From: Mobula hypostoma
Taxonomy: Eukaryota
Direction of reading: 5' to 3'
DNA: 64,000 bases
Assembly: GCF_963921235.1 (NCBI RefSeq)
Contig: NC_086097.1
Coordinates: forward strand, 128,404,001-128,468,000
The translations under genes were made by a program, and so were the position numbers. Below, in pieces: positions 11,931 through 24,039 of the stretch. A model generated the notes under the pieces. The model made no database searches. It was not told the DNA's origin and saw only the letters and a list, made by a program, of their open reading frames with translations. Numbering within the stretch: the first letter of the stretch is position 1; each line of letters opens with the position of its first letter.

Positions 11931-12844
11931 GTCTTGTCATTCTCTCCCTCTCTCCCTCTGTGTGGATTATAGCTGTGAGTTTGAACAGAATGACAAGAGT
12001 GGTTCAGGCATTATCACCATGCATGATTCCTTCCTGCAGGAGATGTTCAGCTGAGATGAGACTGGTAATTGGTAATTGGATTATTCTTGTCACATGTACT
12101 AAGATAGTGTCCATGCATAAGTGCATCAAGGTAGTACAATGGATAAAAATGACAAAACACAGAATATAATGTTACGGTTACAGAGAAAGTGCAGTGCTCA
12201 TAAACACTATGGTGAAAGGGCCATGGCAAGATTGATTGAGTGATGAACAGTTCATCATTAACATGCAAGAGGCCTGTTCAAGCACTTCAAATATATGTTC
12301 TCAGGAGACATGCCGTGAGTGGTGACAACATGCCTTCACACCTGTGACTTAGGTAGGAGAGAGTCTGAACTTCTTCCAGTGCTTGCCACTCGGTGACCTC
12401 ACAGAAAATGAGGAAATCGGAAAGCAAGATTCTGCAGATATTATACATCTGAAATAAAACTGGAAGACTTAGCTGGTCATGGAAAGAGAAAAGTGGACCA
12501 TCTAATGTTAAAATTGATGTCTGCCTGGAGAGGCTTAATTCTCATCATTGGACGATTAATGAAGAAATCTGCAGGGCAAGGGAAGGCCAGCTGAATCGCA
12601 CTAGTGTGCTGATTCAACAAGTACAATGGGCTTGCCTTCCACCTACTATTTATTCTGAAAGAAATCTACTAACTGCTCCATTAATTACAATTTTTCTGGA
12701 CAACAATCACTGCAAACAATAGCCTGTAACTTCCCTTCGGAGATGTCCTTTTGAATCACCTGTACAACTTGGCATTTTAGTGTGTCTCTAGAGATTCAGT
12801 GAACAGGAGTTATGAAGGGGCGGGGCAGTGGTGCAGTGGATACA

Positions 12845-13410
12845 GGACAAATCAAGACAGCAGGGCCCAGGCTAGAGAGCAAGGAATGAGCTGATATTTA
12901 GCCAATTTAAGTACTGGGCTAGGGATTGGAAATCGAGGCAGTGGGAACAGGCCTGAGAGCGAGGAACAAGCCAAAGTTTGGCCATTGCTCAAGTGGACTT
13001 GGTTCAAATTGAAATGGCAGGGCCCGGGGCCCAAGAGTGAGGACAAGCCAATGTTTGGCCAATTTAAGCACAGACCAGATCAAAAAGGTCAGTGTTTTGG
13101 GGCCAGAAGCAGGGGACGGACCAGTGTTCAGATTGTCGCTCTGCAAGGTTTTCTCATCCCTGTTCTGAACTGAGGCTGTGGCCTGCAATTAACAGGCTCT
13201 TGCACCAGCTGTCGCGATGAACTGGCATCATGGCCATGGACTCCACTTCATTTACTTTAGTTCTGAGTGCTTTTTGTTTACTTTTTATTGTTTGTTCATT
13301 TCCTTGTTTTTTTAATGGGTTCTATTGTGTTTTCTGGCTGCCTGTAAGAAGACAAATTTCAAGGTTGCACATAGTATACATACTTTGATAATATACACAC
13401 TTTGAGCTTT
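12845..13410 (+). mobile_element. Non-autonomous retroposon with Rex1/Babar-type 3' tail
   Basis: It ends with gtaagaagacaaatttcaaggttg...tactttgataat, the tail also present on the Rex-type fragments at 13435 and 19452. The 5' part has repeated gccaatttaag motifs. Confidence 0.45.
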
Positions 13411-13434
13411 GATAGAATCATAAAGATATATGGA

Positions 13435-13945
13435 TTCAAGGTCAATTTATTACCAATGTATGTATATGTTACCATATATTGCCTTGAGATTCATTGTCTT
13501 GTGGACCTTTACAGGGGAAAAAGAAATACAATAAAATTTATGAAGCACTATACATAAACAGACAAAGACCAATATGCAAAAGAAGACAAACCGTGCAAAT
13601 AAAATTACTACTGAGAACATGAATTGTAAAGGGTCCTTGAAAGTGAGTTTGTAGGCCATAGAGACAGCTCAGAGTAGTAGTGAATGAAGTTATCCACACT
13701 GGTTCATGACCCTGATGGCTGAAGGGTAATAACTGTTCGTGAATGTGGTGGTGTCGAAGCTAAGGTTTCTCTACCTCGCGCCCAATGGTAGTAGTGAGAA
13801 GAGGGCAGGCCTGAGTAGAGGGGTTGTTTGATGATAGATGATCATTTCTTGTGACAGCGCTCCTTGGAAAGTACTCAGCAGTGGGGACGGCTTTGTCTTT
13901 GATAGACTGGGCTGTATCCACCATGTTCTGTAGCCTTTTCAATTC
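13435..13945 (-). mobile_element. Rex1/Babar LINE 3' fragment
   Basis: ORF 13760..13942 reads KRLQNMVDTAQSIKDKAVPTAE, and the shared 3' tail is present. Confidence 0.7.
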
Positions 13946-14329
13946 CGTACATCATAAAAACAGTCCTTCCAACCCCCATAACCATGCTGATCTTTATGCC
14001 CATTTATACTGTTCATATTTGTCTGTACTAAGATCATCTCCTTCTGTGACCTGCCAATGTAAATGCCTGCTTGTTTGATTGTATTTTGTGTACTGATGGA
14101 GAATTGAGGGGAAGTTCCAATTCATTCATTGATATTAAAGGCACATTACAGCTGTTGTCTGCTGCTGAATTTGCTTCTATTGACTACTATTTTGTATCTT
14201 AAACAATAATGATCATGGATGAACTTCTAGACACTCTTTATAATTACTCTTGATGAGGTGGTGCTATATACTGTCAGTTAATGAAAGTCAGGCTGAAAAC
14301 CAGTCATACAGCGGAGAACATTATGTGGA

Positions 14330-15700
14330 GAGTACGAGTTGAGAGTTGACAGTAAACTGTGGGCTGGTGAGATTTAATTAAAAAACACCCTTCGTGCTCA
14401 ATTTAAGATAAAGGCAGCAGGTGACAACAAGAGGGTTGACAGTAAATGGAAACAGCGCAACTCCCTTTGATAGGATGAAAGGCTCCCCGTTGACCTGCCA
14501 AAAGTCAAGCTTAAAGTCTGTAATAATTAACCTTTGACTTGCTGGGTATAGCTGGTCGTTTGCTGTGTCCTGGCTTGCTGGTTGCTGCTTTAGGAGCTGG
14601 GCAGGTCCTCCACACAAAGCATGCTCACAAAAATCTGGCCACAACACCATTCCAATCATTCTGATCAGCTCAGTATCACACTGTTAGCCTAGAAACATTT
14701 TTTTAAAATTTTGTCCTTAATTAACCACTTACATTTAAAAGTTTCCAACCTTCAGACTTTAAGTCATACTCTTACTGAAATGCACAAAGGCTTCTATTGC
14801 TGCTCAGGTATTTTACTGTGTAAGGTTTATAAGACATGAGCACATAATACAGTTGCTAACATATAATATGTTAGTACACAAGATGATCTGCAAGATAAAT
14901 AACTTCTCATGGCACAGCTCACTTTCGTCAGGTGACCTTCACTCTGCGCGACCCCCTTCCTTTAACCCCCACATTGCCTTTGCCTCTTTCCTCTTCTTCC
15001 TTTAGCATGTTGACACATGTCAGCCGTGAGCACCTCCCCAACTGAACATTCTTGAATGAAGTCACTCAACCGTGGGGGGAAAAGACAGTAAGACAGTCAA
15101 AACGCACCTTATTTTACACATCTGAAAGTCACTGAAACATGATTAGTACCACCTGATATTTTACTGCTTGTCCAGGCAAGCTGTGGGGCCCTCATTGTAG
15201 CTATAGATGTAATTGCACACTCAATTGCTCTCTCCTTCCCCCCCTCTCCCTCTCCCTCCCTCTCTGTCCCGGTCACTCTCCCCCCATCTCTCCCCTCTCT
15301 CTCTCTCTTTCCCTCTCCCTCTTACTCACGCACAGACAGATATTCATACGCAGCTGCATAGAAGTGCATGCACATGCGTACATACAAGTATATGGCATCA
15401 TTTACAATACCTGTAGAATTTAAGGCAGGTGATCAATTTTCTGTGGCATGGTCTCTTGGAATTCAGGGCTCCCGTGATGTCTGACTCCCTCTCGTTTGAA
15501 TGTATGGAAGGTTTTGACCAATGTTCCCAATGGTGACTGAATCTTTTCCTTTGATTCTTTGACTCCCTAGGATTGATGAGCAGAAGCTGTCTGGACATTT
15601 TCTCCTTATGACTGCTCCAGAAAAAACACTTTGTAACCAACAGTTTAAGCAAATCATACAGTGAAATATTGCAATAATATAGCACAGCAGCCCTTTAAAA
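14330..15700 (-). promoter_or_regulatory. Repeat-free block, candidate promoter/first exon(s) of an unidentified minus-strand gene
   Basis: No recognisable TE over about 1.4 kb. It has a CT/GA tract at 15228-15322 and minus-strand donor-like sites AAG|GTGCGT (exon end 15108) and CAG|GTATTG (exon end 15411). Confidence 0.3.
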
Positions 15701-16445
15701 TCAAATCATCCAGTAATTCCCATGAAACTTTGAACTAATAGAACATGACTTCTATTCAGTTCCTCAATCCATAAAATCAAAGATTGAGAGAATAGAGAAA
15801 GAGGACATTTGGCCCATCATTCCTGTGCTGGCTCTTTATTCCACTAGATGCTCTTCCCAATAACCAGGGAATGTTTTTATTTAAATAATCTATCTCCTCA
15901 ATCCACATTCACTACTTATTAATTCCTCATACATTTCTATTGGTATTTTTGACAAATGACTTTAAATTTGGGAGCACATTATATTCAGATTCAAATTTAT
16001 TTTTAACAGCCTTTTCAATTCTCAATCATTCCCCCCCCCCCCTTTCAAATCTTCGAGAAAAATAGAGGAGACCCTTTGCAGTCTGGTTACAGTCTATTTG
16101 GAAAGGTTTTACATGACTCTATTGCCTTGAAAACTAATTGCCTCTTTTGAAAGCAGGTTTATGTTGTGTCTTGCTTGACGTGACCTGTGCTTCAAATTCT
16201 TTCCATCCTTCCACCACCTGTGGCTGCACGATTTTTTTTTTTTGCAACCCATGAGATCGCATCAAAACCTTTTAATTGAAGATCTTTGAGTAATGATTAG
16301 GCCTTCAGTAAGCGGACTCTTTAAAAGAACGAAGTATTGAAAAAAAACGCAAACAGGAATTCTGCAGATGCTGGAAATTCAAGCAACATACATCAAAGTT
16401 GCTGGTGAACGCAGCAGGCCAGGCAGCATCTATAGGAAGAGGCGC

Positions 16446-16481
16446 AGTCGACGTTTCAGGCCGAGACCCTTCGTCAGGACT
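16446..16481 (-). ncRNA. Minimal type I hammerhead ribozyme motif (mirror copy)
   Basis: Exact reverse complement of 16527-16562. Confidence 0.72.
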
Positions 16482-16526
16482 AACTGAAGGAAGAGTGAGT
16501 AAGGGGCCTTCACTCTTCCTTCAGTT

Positions 16527-16562
16527 AGTCCTGACGAAGGGTCTCGGCCTGAAACGTCGACT
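16527..16562 (+). ncRNA. Minimal type I hammerhead ribozyme motif
   Basis: The sequence is AGTC-CTGACGA-A-GGGTCTCGGCCT-GAAAC-GTC-GACT. It has the CUGANGA and GAAA core, a stem II hairpin, stem I AGTC/GACT and a GUC cleavage triplet at 16556-16558. Palindromic ACGT replaces stem III. Confidence 0.72.
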
Positions 16563-16724
16563 GCGCCTCTTCCTATAGATGCTGCCTGGCCTGCTGCGTT
16601 CACCAGCAACTTTGATGTATGTTGCTTGAAGTATTGAAAATATACTTTAAAGAATAAGAAAAAAGAGAAAAGCAATAGATGTATTTAAAATATTTTAGTT
16701 AATAGCAATTCTGAACATTAATAT

Positions 16725-18630
16725 TAATTAAAAATAAAGATGATAAAACTGGGAAACTATTGGCTAATCAATTGAAATCAGCCTCGGTTAAACGACAGAT
16801 TGTTAAGATTCGTAAACAAGATGGCACTTTGACGGTTGACCATGACGAGATAACTAAATCCTTTCAAGAATTTTATACCTCCTTATATCAATCAGAATTT
16901 CCTGATGTCTCCACTATAACGCATGAATTTTTAAAGAATTTGAATATTCCAAAATTATCATCTATTGAATGCTTAAAACTAGACGTGCCTATTACTGTAG
17001 AGGAAATAAAAAATGCTATTCTTTCGATGAACTCAGGTAAAGCACCTGGTCCAGACGGATATACAGTAGAATTTTTTTAAATTTTTCTCTACTATACTGA
17101 CTGCTTGGCTATGTAGAGTTTTTAGGGATGCAGTATCTATAGGTAAATTACCACAATCTTTTTATCGAGCTTCTATTTCCCTTCTATTTGACAGAGTTGA
17201 ATGGACTTATTTATTTAACACCCTTGAGAAATTTAATTTTAGTCCGATATTTATATCTTGGATTAAACTGATATATCTCACTCCTTTGGCTTCGGTATTT
17301 ATTAATAATCAAAGATCTCCTCTTCTTCATCTATTCTGTGGTACTAGGCAGGGCTGTCCTCTTAGTCCAATACTATTCGATATTGCCTTGGAACCGCTAG
17401 CTATTGCTATTTGTCACTCCCCTAATATATTTGGCATCACCCGTGGAAATGAGTCTCATAAATTACCACTATATGCAGATGATTTACTATTACATATTTC
17501 AAACCCAGGAAAATCTATTCCGGCAGTATTAACTTTGCTTGCACAGTTTAGTAGTTTTTCTGGTTATAAACTGAACCTAGGTAAGAGCGAACTTTTCCCA
17601 TTAAATATGCAGGTTACCATTTATAGATATTCTCCATTCTGGGTGACTACTGACTAGTTTACTTATTTGGGAGTTAAAATTACTAAGAGACATAAGGATC
17701 TATTCAATTTCAACTTTTACCGTTAATTAATCAGGTTAAACAACTGATTACTAAGTGGTTCCCATTATCTCTATCATTGATTGGCCAAATTAAAATGATT
17801 ATTTTACCTAAATTTTTATATTTATTTCAAACGATACCAATTTTTATTCCTAAATCCTTTTTTGATACTATTTATTCTAAAATTTCCTCTTATATATGGC
17901 AAAACAAAAATCCCAGATTAAGTAAAAAATATTTACTTAAAACAGTTCTATGTTTTGATTTACAACTCCATCCTATTACAGCAATTTTTGGATTGCCAGT
18001 GGTAGAACATAGATCTTTGTCTTCTTCAGCCTGTCGGATGATTGCATTTGTTATTTTACTGGCCAGAAGATCTATTTTATTGAACTGGAAGGAGACCAAT
18101 CCTCCTACTACATTCCAATGGTTTTCCCAAACTATATTATGTTTAAACTTAGAAAAAATTAGAAGTGATATTTTTGATCCTTCGGTTAAATTTGAAGAAA
18201 CTTGGAAACCTTTTATTCAACATTTTCATATGATGTAATTTGACCTTTCCGAATCTTCCTTATTAACTTAAAATATATGAATAGAGGAGCGGAGTTGACG
18301 ACATTATTGAACGTGTTTGATTTAAGATATTGGTCTAGCCCTGTTTTGTTCCGTTTGCTTTTCTTGGGTTTAGTATTTAGTTCTTTTTTTTTCTTTTTTT
18401 GGGGGGTTTTTCTTTGTATTTTTTTTTAATCTCTTTTTTTTCTTTATGATTAATTACATCATGAGTTTGGAAGTCAATAAAACCTGTGTTATTTGAAATC
18501 TTTTTTGTATATGTTTATTAATAATAAGATTATTCCAATCTCTTTGCATCAACATTGTTATTTTGTTTATAGTTTTGAAAATTAATAAAAAGATTTTAAA
18601 AGAAGCAAAGAAAGAAAAATAAAAAAACAA
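16725..18630 (+). mobile_element. L1-clade LINE, 5'-truncated with internal deletions
   Basis: ORF2 fragments include SGKAPGPDGYTVEFF, GTRQGCPLSPILFDIALEPLA, LYADDLLL and ILPKFLYLFQTIPIFIP. They are followed by a T-rich 3' UTR, AATAAA near 18584 and an A-rich tail. Confidence 0.92.
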
Positions 18631-19451
18631 ACCTTACCTTTACCTTTCAGATCAGATTCACAGCAACGGGACCATTCTACTTAGACACTCACACTTGGGC
18701 ATAAAGTGTGAAGGGTCAAGATATAAGATGGATCCAGTCCTGACTGGAAGCTCCACTCCTGACTCAATTTTGACAATCGTAGAATGATTGCAGAACCCAA
18801 GCTTTCACCCTCATCAGCTTTTGAACAGTTTGAAATTGAAGCAGTTCCCATAATAATTATTAAATTGAAACTAAATAAGTGCTTAGGTAAATTGTGGACC
18901 ATAAGGTTGGAATGATTTTAGTTTTTAGCAACAAAAAAGTTTATCAGTAGGATAGGTAGGGAGAAAAAGAGTTTTTGAGAGAAAACCTGCAGTCCTGTAA
19001 AAACTAACAGTCAAAGTGTCTTTGGACGAGGACAGCTAAGATAAATGTAGGGCCTCTAGAGAACAGAAACCGCAGAACTGTTAGAACTGTGGAGCAGGTG
19101 AGTTGAAGTAATTGGATAACTTTTGGAGCCTCTTTGAGCTGTTGTGTGGGACCTGGAATCAGGTGCAGAGATTGCAATGCAAGATTAGACATAATTATGT
19201 CTGCAATCTAGTCAACATTTTGTCTCCTGCCCTCCTCAATACTTAAAGTATCCAGCCTAACAAAGGCTGTGCCAGGTTCAGTAGAAAGGAGGGATCTTGT
19301 CAAAACCTCTCGAGGAAGAATCCACATGTTTTCTGTTTTCCTGTAGTTTCCAGTAATCACATTATAACCAGTGCATCGAATCATGACTGGAACACAAATG
19401 GAGTTTTTAGTCTCCCTGTATGGGAGAGGATAATTCAGTTACTGAGGTGAA

Positions 19452-19960
19452 AGTTCAAAGTAAATTTTTTATCAAAGCACATATATGTCACCATATATAA
19501 CCCTGAGATTAATTTTCCTGTGTGCATACTCAATAAATCCAATGACCATAATAGAATCAATGAAAGACCACACCAACTGGGCATACAACCAGTGCAAATA
19601 CTAAAATAAAATGATAATCATAAATAAGCAATAAATATGAAGGTGAAAAGTCCTTGAAAGTGAGTCCATAGGTTGTGGGAAAATTTCAGTGATGGGGCAA
19701 GTGAGGTTGAGTTATCACCTTTGGTTCAAGAGCCTGTTGGTTGAGGGGTAATATCTGTTCCTGAACCTGGCGGTGTGAGTCCTGGGGCTTCTGTACCTTT
19801 TTTCTGATGGCAGCAGTGAGAAGAGAGCGTGACCGGGTGGTGGGGGGTCCCTGATGATAGATGCTGCTTTCCCCCAACTACTCTCCGTGCAGATGTGCTC
19901 AATGGTGGGGAGGGCTTTACCTGTGATGGACTGGGGCGGATCCACTGTTTTTCGTAGGAT
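19452..19960 (-). mobile_element. Rex1/Babar LINE 3' fragment
   Basis: ORF 19715..20128 has KAASIIRDPPPPGHALFSLLPSEKRYRSPRTHTARFRNRYYP. The aaagttcaaagtaaattt tail is present. Confidence 0.85.
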
Positions 19961-20848
19961 TTTCCAGCAGGATCCACAAGGGAATGTCTCAAGAGGAAGG
20001 CTAGACTTCCCTAAATGGTTACTCTGGGGTACAGGGTCCCCTTGTAACTGCAGAGTGCAGTGCAGTATAAACACACTTAGGCCTGGAACATTAAGAAAAT
20101 ATTTCTTTTTATTTGTAGCCATCAACAATCAATTGAACTGAACCACGGCTTCTTAAAATAATATCATACTCAACAACTTTAACACAGCAGTGATATGTTA
20201 CAGCTAAAATGCAAGCGACATCACCCAATACAAGAAAATCACAATTACCTTCAAGAAATCAACTGCCAGACAATGATGCATTCAAAATGTTAAAAATTCT
20301 TCCAAGTTCAAGCAAATTGGACCAGATAGTATAAAACTTAAATATATAGGATCCTACCTGTAAACTAAAAGTAATAAAGGAAAATGGGAAATTCAAATAT
20401 GCCTTTTCACAAAGTATGTGGAGGTGATTGGGATGGTTAGAAAACCATTGTGACTTCCCAGGGTTATTGGAAATGTGCACACGGGAGCGTAGTAACACAA
20501 TAAAGCTGTTGATTTGTATGTATTCTGTATTTTTGTATCACTTACTAGCAAAGATAATCTACCAATGGACAGATACATAGTTGAGATGGCTGCCATAACC
20601 ACACAATTCTTCCATCCTTTATATAAAGAGCGTTTACTGACATCTGCATGAAGCATCCTCATTCTGATTTATTTCCATCACCTTGTTTCCACCAGAGGAG
20701 GAAAAAAATTCTCTCTGCTTTGTGAGTTCCATTGAAAACATTTAAAAAAACACAATCAAGTTGCCCCTTAAATGTGGCTATCACAAGGAACGCAAACCCT
20801 AGTTTATGTAGGTCTTGTGACCAATTTATCCTTTGAAACACTGTTGTC

Positions 20849-21481
20849 CAGACATCTCACCTCTCCCGGAAGTTCCGAGAGTCTCCTGCATATTAATAGT
20901 GGCTCCCTGATGCCCGCAAATTATATACAATATCTCAGAAATCAATTTTTTTGAAAGCGAGCGAGAGAGCGTGAGAGCGAGAGGGACAGAGAGAGAGAGA
21001 GAGAGAGAGCGCAAGAGCAAAAGAGACCGTGGGAGAGAGCGCGCAAGAGAGAGCAAGAGAGCGCACGAGAGCAACCACGAGAGAGAGAGAGGGTGCGCAC
21101 GCGAGAGAGAGAGAGAGAGAGAGCGCACCATGGGAGAGTGTTCCAAAAAAAGAAAATATAAAACGTACGTCACCCCTGACTACCCAAAAGTATACCCCTG
21201 CCTAATAGGGGTCAAAAATAATGACAGTGTTGCTTGCTGCACTGTTTGCAACAGTGACTTTTCTGTTGCCCATGGTGGGTTAAGATGTAAAAGAAATGTT
21301 GAGGTGAGTTTAACAGGTGTCATTCGTTCATTAGCATAGCTAACATTATTTAAACTAGCTGGCTAGCTGCTAAGGAGCTACTCTATTGCAGGCATCCCAC
21401 CTCTCCTGGAAGTTCCGGGATTCTCCCACAAATTGATGGTACTACCTCCCTGAAATGAGTTTTTGCAGGGTGGGTTGTCTG
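20849..21481 (+). mobile_element. Internally deleted TIR DNA transposon (hAT-like) retaining a zinc-finger N-terminal coding segment
   Basis: TIRs are CAGACATCTCACC and GGTGGGTTGTCTG (11/13 match), and TGTTGTC flanks both sides. The ORF from ATG 21130 encodes ...VACCTVCNSDFSVAHGG..., resembling BED-like fingers of hAT transposases. Confidence 0.75.
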
Positions 21482-21829
21482 TGTTGTCTGTGTGTTGTAT
21501 TCCATCCTGGTCACCCACACATCCTGTCATTACTGGTTTCCTGTTTATCTGTGCTTTTATTTTAAAATTCACCTGCAACCTCTAGTCTGAAAGCCCTTTG
21601 ACATCTCTGCACTCCTCTAATTCTGAGCTTTTGCACTTTACAGCACTTAATCATTCTGTCTTTAGCAGAGGAATAGCAGCTGTCTTCGAGCCTGATAGTG
21701 CATGTTCTCAACAGAAAATTACCAGGATGGAAGGGTCTTTGACTGTGTCCCAAGACAGCGGAAAGTATCTACACTAATACCATTTTATTTTCCCTGAATC
21801 AACTTCCTCCCAGGTTGTATGATTTGAGG

Positions 21830-22030
21830 CAATTTTCAGTGACCAATTAACTTACCGACCCACATTGTTATTTGGGCAGAAACCAAAGCAACTGAAGGAA
21901 GCCCATGTGATCACAGAGGGGATGTGAGCAAACTCCACACAGACAGGCAGCATCTGAGGCCCTGATGGAATCTGGGTCGTTGGACCCAAGTCAGTAACTG
22001 TATTTGTTACACCACTGTGCCAACCCCATC
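21830..22030 (-). mobile_element. HE1-like SINE
   Basis: gaccaattaac...gaaacc...gcaaactccacacagaca...accactgtgcc is the reverse complement of the SINE body. Confidence 0.6.
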
Positions 22031-22054
22031 TTTTCTACATTATGAGAAAAGCTT

Positions 22055-22795
22055 TGAATTTGAATTTGAATTAAATTGAGTTTATTTCTTTCATCCTTCA
22101 CATACATAAGTAAAAATCTTTATGTTATATCTCCGTCTGAATGTGCAATGTGCAAATTTGTAATAACTAGTGTGCAGTAAGATATACTACAGAACAGCGA
22201 ATATATAGCTTAGAAATACAATTGTGTCAATGTGAATTGATCAGTCTGATGGCCTGGTGGAAGAAGCTGTCCCGGAGCCTATTGGTCCTGTTTTTAATGC
22301 TGCGGTGCCATTTCCTGGATGGTAGCAGCTGGAACAGTTCGTGGTTGGGGTGATTCGGGTCCCTAATGACCCTTTGCGCCCTTTTTATGCACCTGTCATT
22401 GTAAATATCCTGAATAGTGGGCGGTTCACATCCACAGATGCACTGGGCTGTCTGCACCACTCTCTGCAGAGTCCTGCAATTGAGGGAAGTACAGTTCCCA
22501 TCCCAGGCAGTGATGCAGCCAGTCAGGATGCTCTTAATTGTGCCCCTGTAGAAAGTTCTTAGGATTTGTGGACTCATGCCGAACTTCTTCAACCGTCTGA
22601 GGTGAAAGAGGCGCTGTTGTGCTTTCATCACCACATATCTGATATGTGCTGACCACGTGAGTTGCTCAGTAATGAGTATACTGAGGAACTTAAAGCTGTT
22701 CACCCTCTCAACCCCAGGTCCATTGATGTCAACAGGGGTTAGCCTGTCTCCATTCCTCCTGTAGTCCACAACCAGCTCATAGTTTTCGCAACATT
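22055..22795 (-). mobile_element. Rex1/Babar LINE 3' fragment
   Basis: ORF 22227..22769 has KAQQRLFHLRRLKKFGMSPQILRTFYRGTIKSILTGCITAW and LRDSFFHQAIRLIN, followed by a (ttgaat)n tail. Confidence 0.9.
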
Positions 22796-23384
22796 GACAT
22801 TGATTTCTTATCCCAGTATCATTTTAATGAGACCAAAGATTGAAGTTAAGGATAGACTTGCATTTACAAAACTTTTCTTAGATAGTTTAGATGGTAACGC
22901 AGAGGACTGAAGTGTAGATATAGTTATCTGGTTCAACTCCAGCTTGAAGGTGCAGCTCATCACTTAAAACCCTTATTCTCTAAGTTTACATCGCATGGCC
23001 TTTGCACCTTATTTGTCTACCTGCACTGCACTTTCTCTGTAACAAGCTCTGTATTCTGCTTTCTGCTATTGTATTTCCCTTTGTACTACCTCAGTGTAGT
23101 TATGTTTGGAATGATCTGTTTGGGTGGCATGCAAAACAAGTGTTTTTCACTGCTCGTGGCAGAAGCAATCCAATTACATCTGTGCTTCTTTCATGATGTC
23201 CCAAAATGAGTGACAAACAAATGAGTAATTTTGAAGAGCATTCAAGGTTTGGTATATAAATCCAGTTGCAAAGCAAGCTCCCACTGTTGGTGATACAATA
23301 GTGGCAAGTCAACTCTCACAATACCAGAATGAGTATTGTATGGAATGAAGACATTTAGTTCATTGTGTCCAGACTGCCTATTTT

Positions 23385-23910
23385 TTTTAGATTATGAGGA
23401 CACACAGTCCTCTTTTATTGTCATTTAGTAATGCATGCATTAAGAAATGTTACAATGTTTCTCCAGAATGATATCATAGAAACACGAGCCAAACCGACTA
23501 AAAAACTGACAAAAGCCACATAATTATAACGTATAGTTACAACAGCGCAAAGCAATACCGTAATTTGATGAAGAACAGACCATGGGCATGGTAAAAAAAA
23601 AGTCTCAAAGTCTCTCAAAAGTCCCATCATTTCACGCAGACGGTAGAAGGAAGAAAAAAAACTCTTCCTGTCATGAGCTTCCAGCGCCGCAAACCTGCCA
23701 ATGCAGTACCCTGGACGCACCCGACCACAGCCAATTCTTGAGTCAGTCCAAAAACTTCGAGCCTCCGACCAGCCCTCTGACACCGAGCACCAAGTACCAT
23801 CTCTGCCGAGCGCTTCGACCCCGGCCCCGGCAAAAGGCAATAAGCAAAGCCGAGGATTTGGGGCCTTCCCCTCCAGAGATTCTCGATCGCACAGGATACA
23901 GGATACAGAC
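23385..23910 (-). mobile_element. Probable young non-autonomous retroposon (SINE-like), family unassigned
   Basis: CpG-rich compared with the flanks. The minus-strand 3' end aatgacaataaaagaggactg...cataatctaaaa resembles the Rex-type tails elsewhere in the window. Confidence 0.45.
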
Positions 23911-24039
23911 AATGCACAAATAATTATTTTCTATGATTATGATCTACTTTCAACTATGTTAGTATATACAGTAAATAGTGCTAATTACTCTCCTGCTCCT
24001 GTGCAATACAGAACACATCAACCAGAAAGAAGTGGGGTA

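Larger units (their letters stand above)
16344..16630 (-). mobile_element. Young Penelope-like insertion made of an inverted pLTR pair (perfect 121-bp hairpin)
   Basis: 16378-16498 is the exact reverse complement of 16510-16630, with an 11-nt spacer and a ~34-nt unpaired extension at 16344-16377. The direct repeat gaagtattgaaaa occurs at 16331-16343 and 16628-16640. Confidence 0.88.

Noticed and set aside
10987..12169. Long ORFs of 317, 196 and 140 aa
   Set aside because: They are translations of a GA/CT low-complexity tract that lacks stop codons by composition.
16344..16630. MITE, pre-miRNA or terminator interpretation of the hairpin
   Set aside because: The arms are homologous to the Penelope 3' end at 36270-36407, are asymmetric and carry hammerhead cores. 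The stem is too long and perfect for a typical miRNA.
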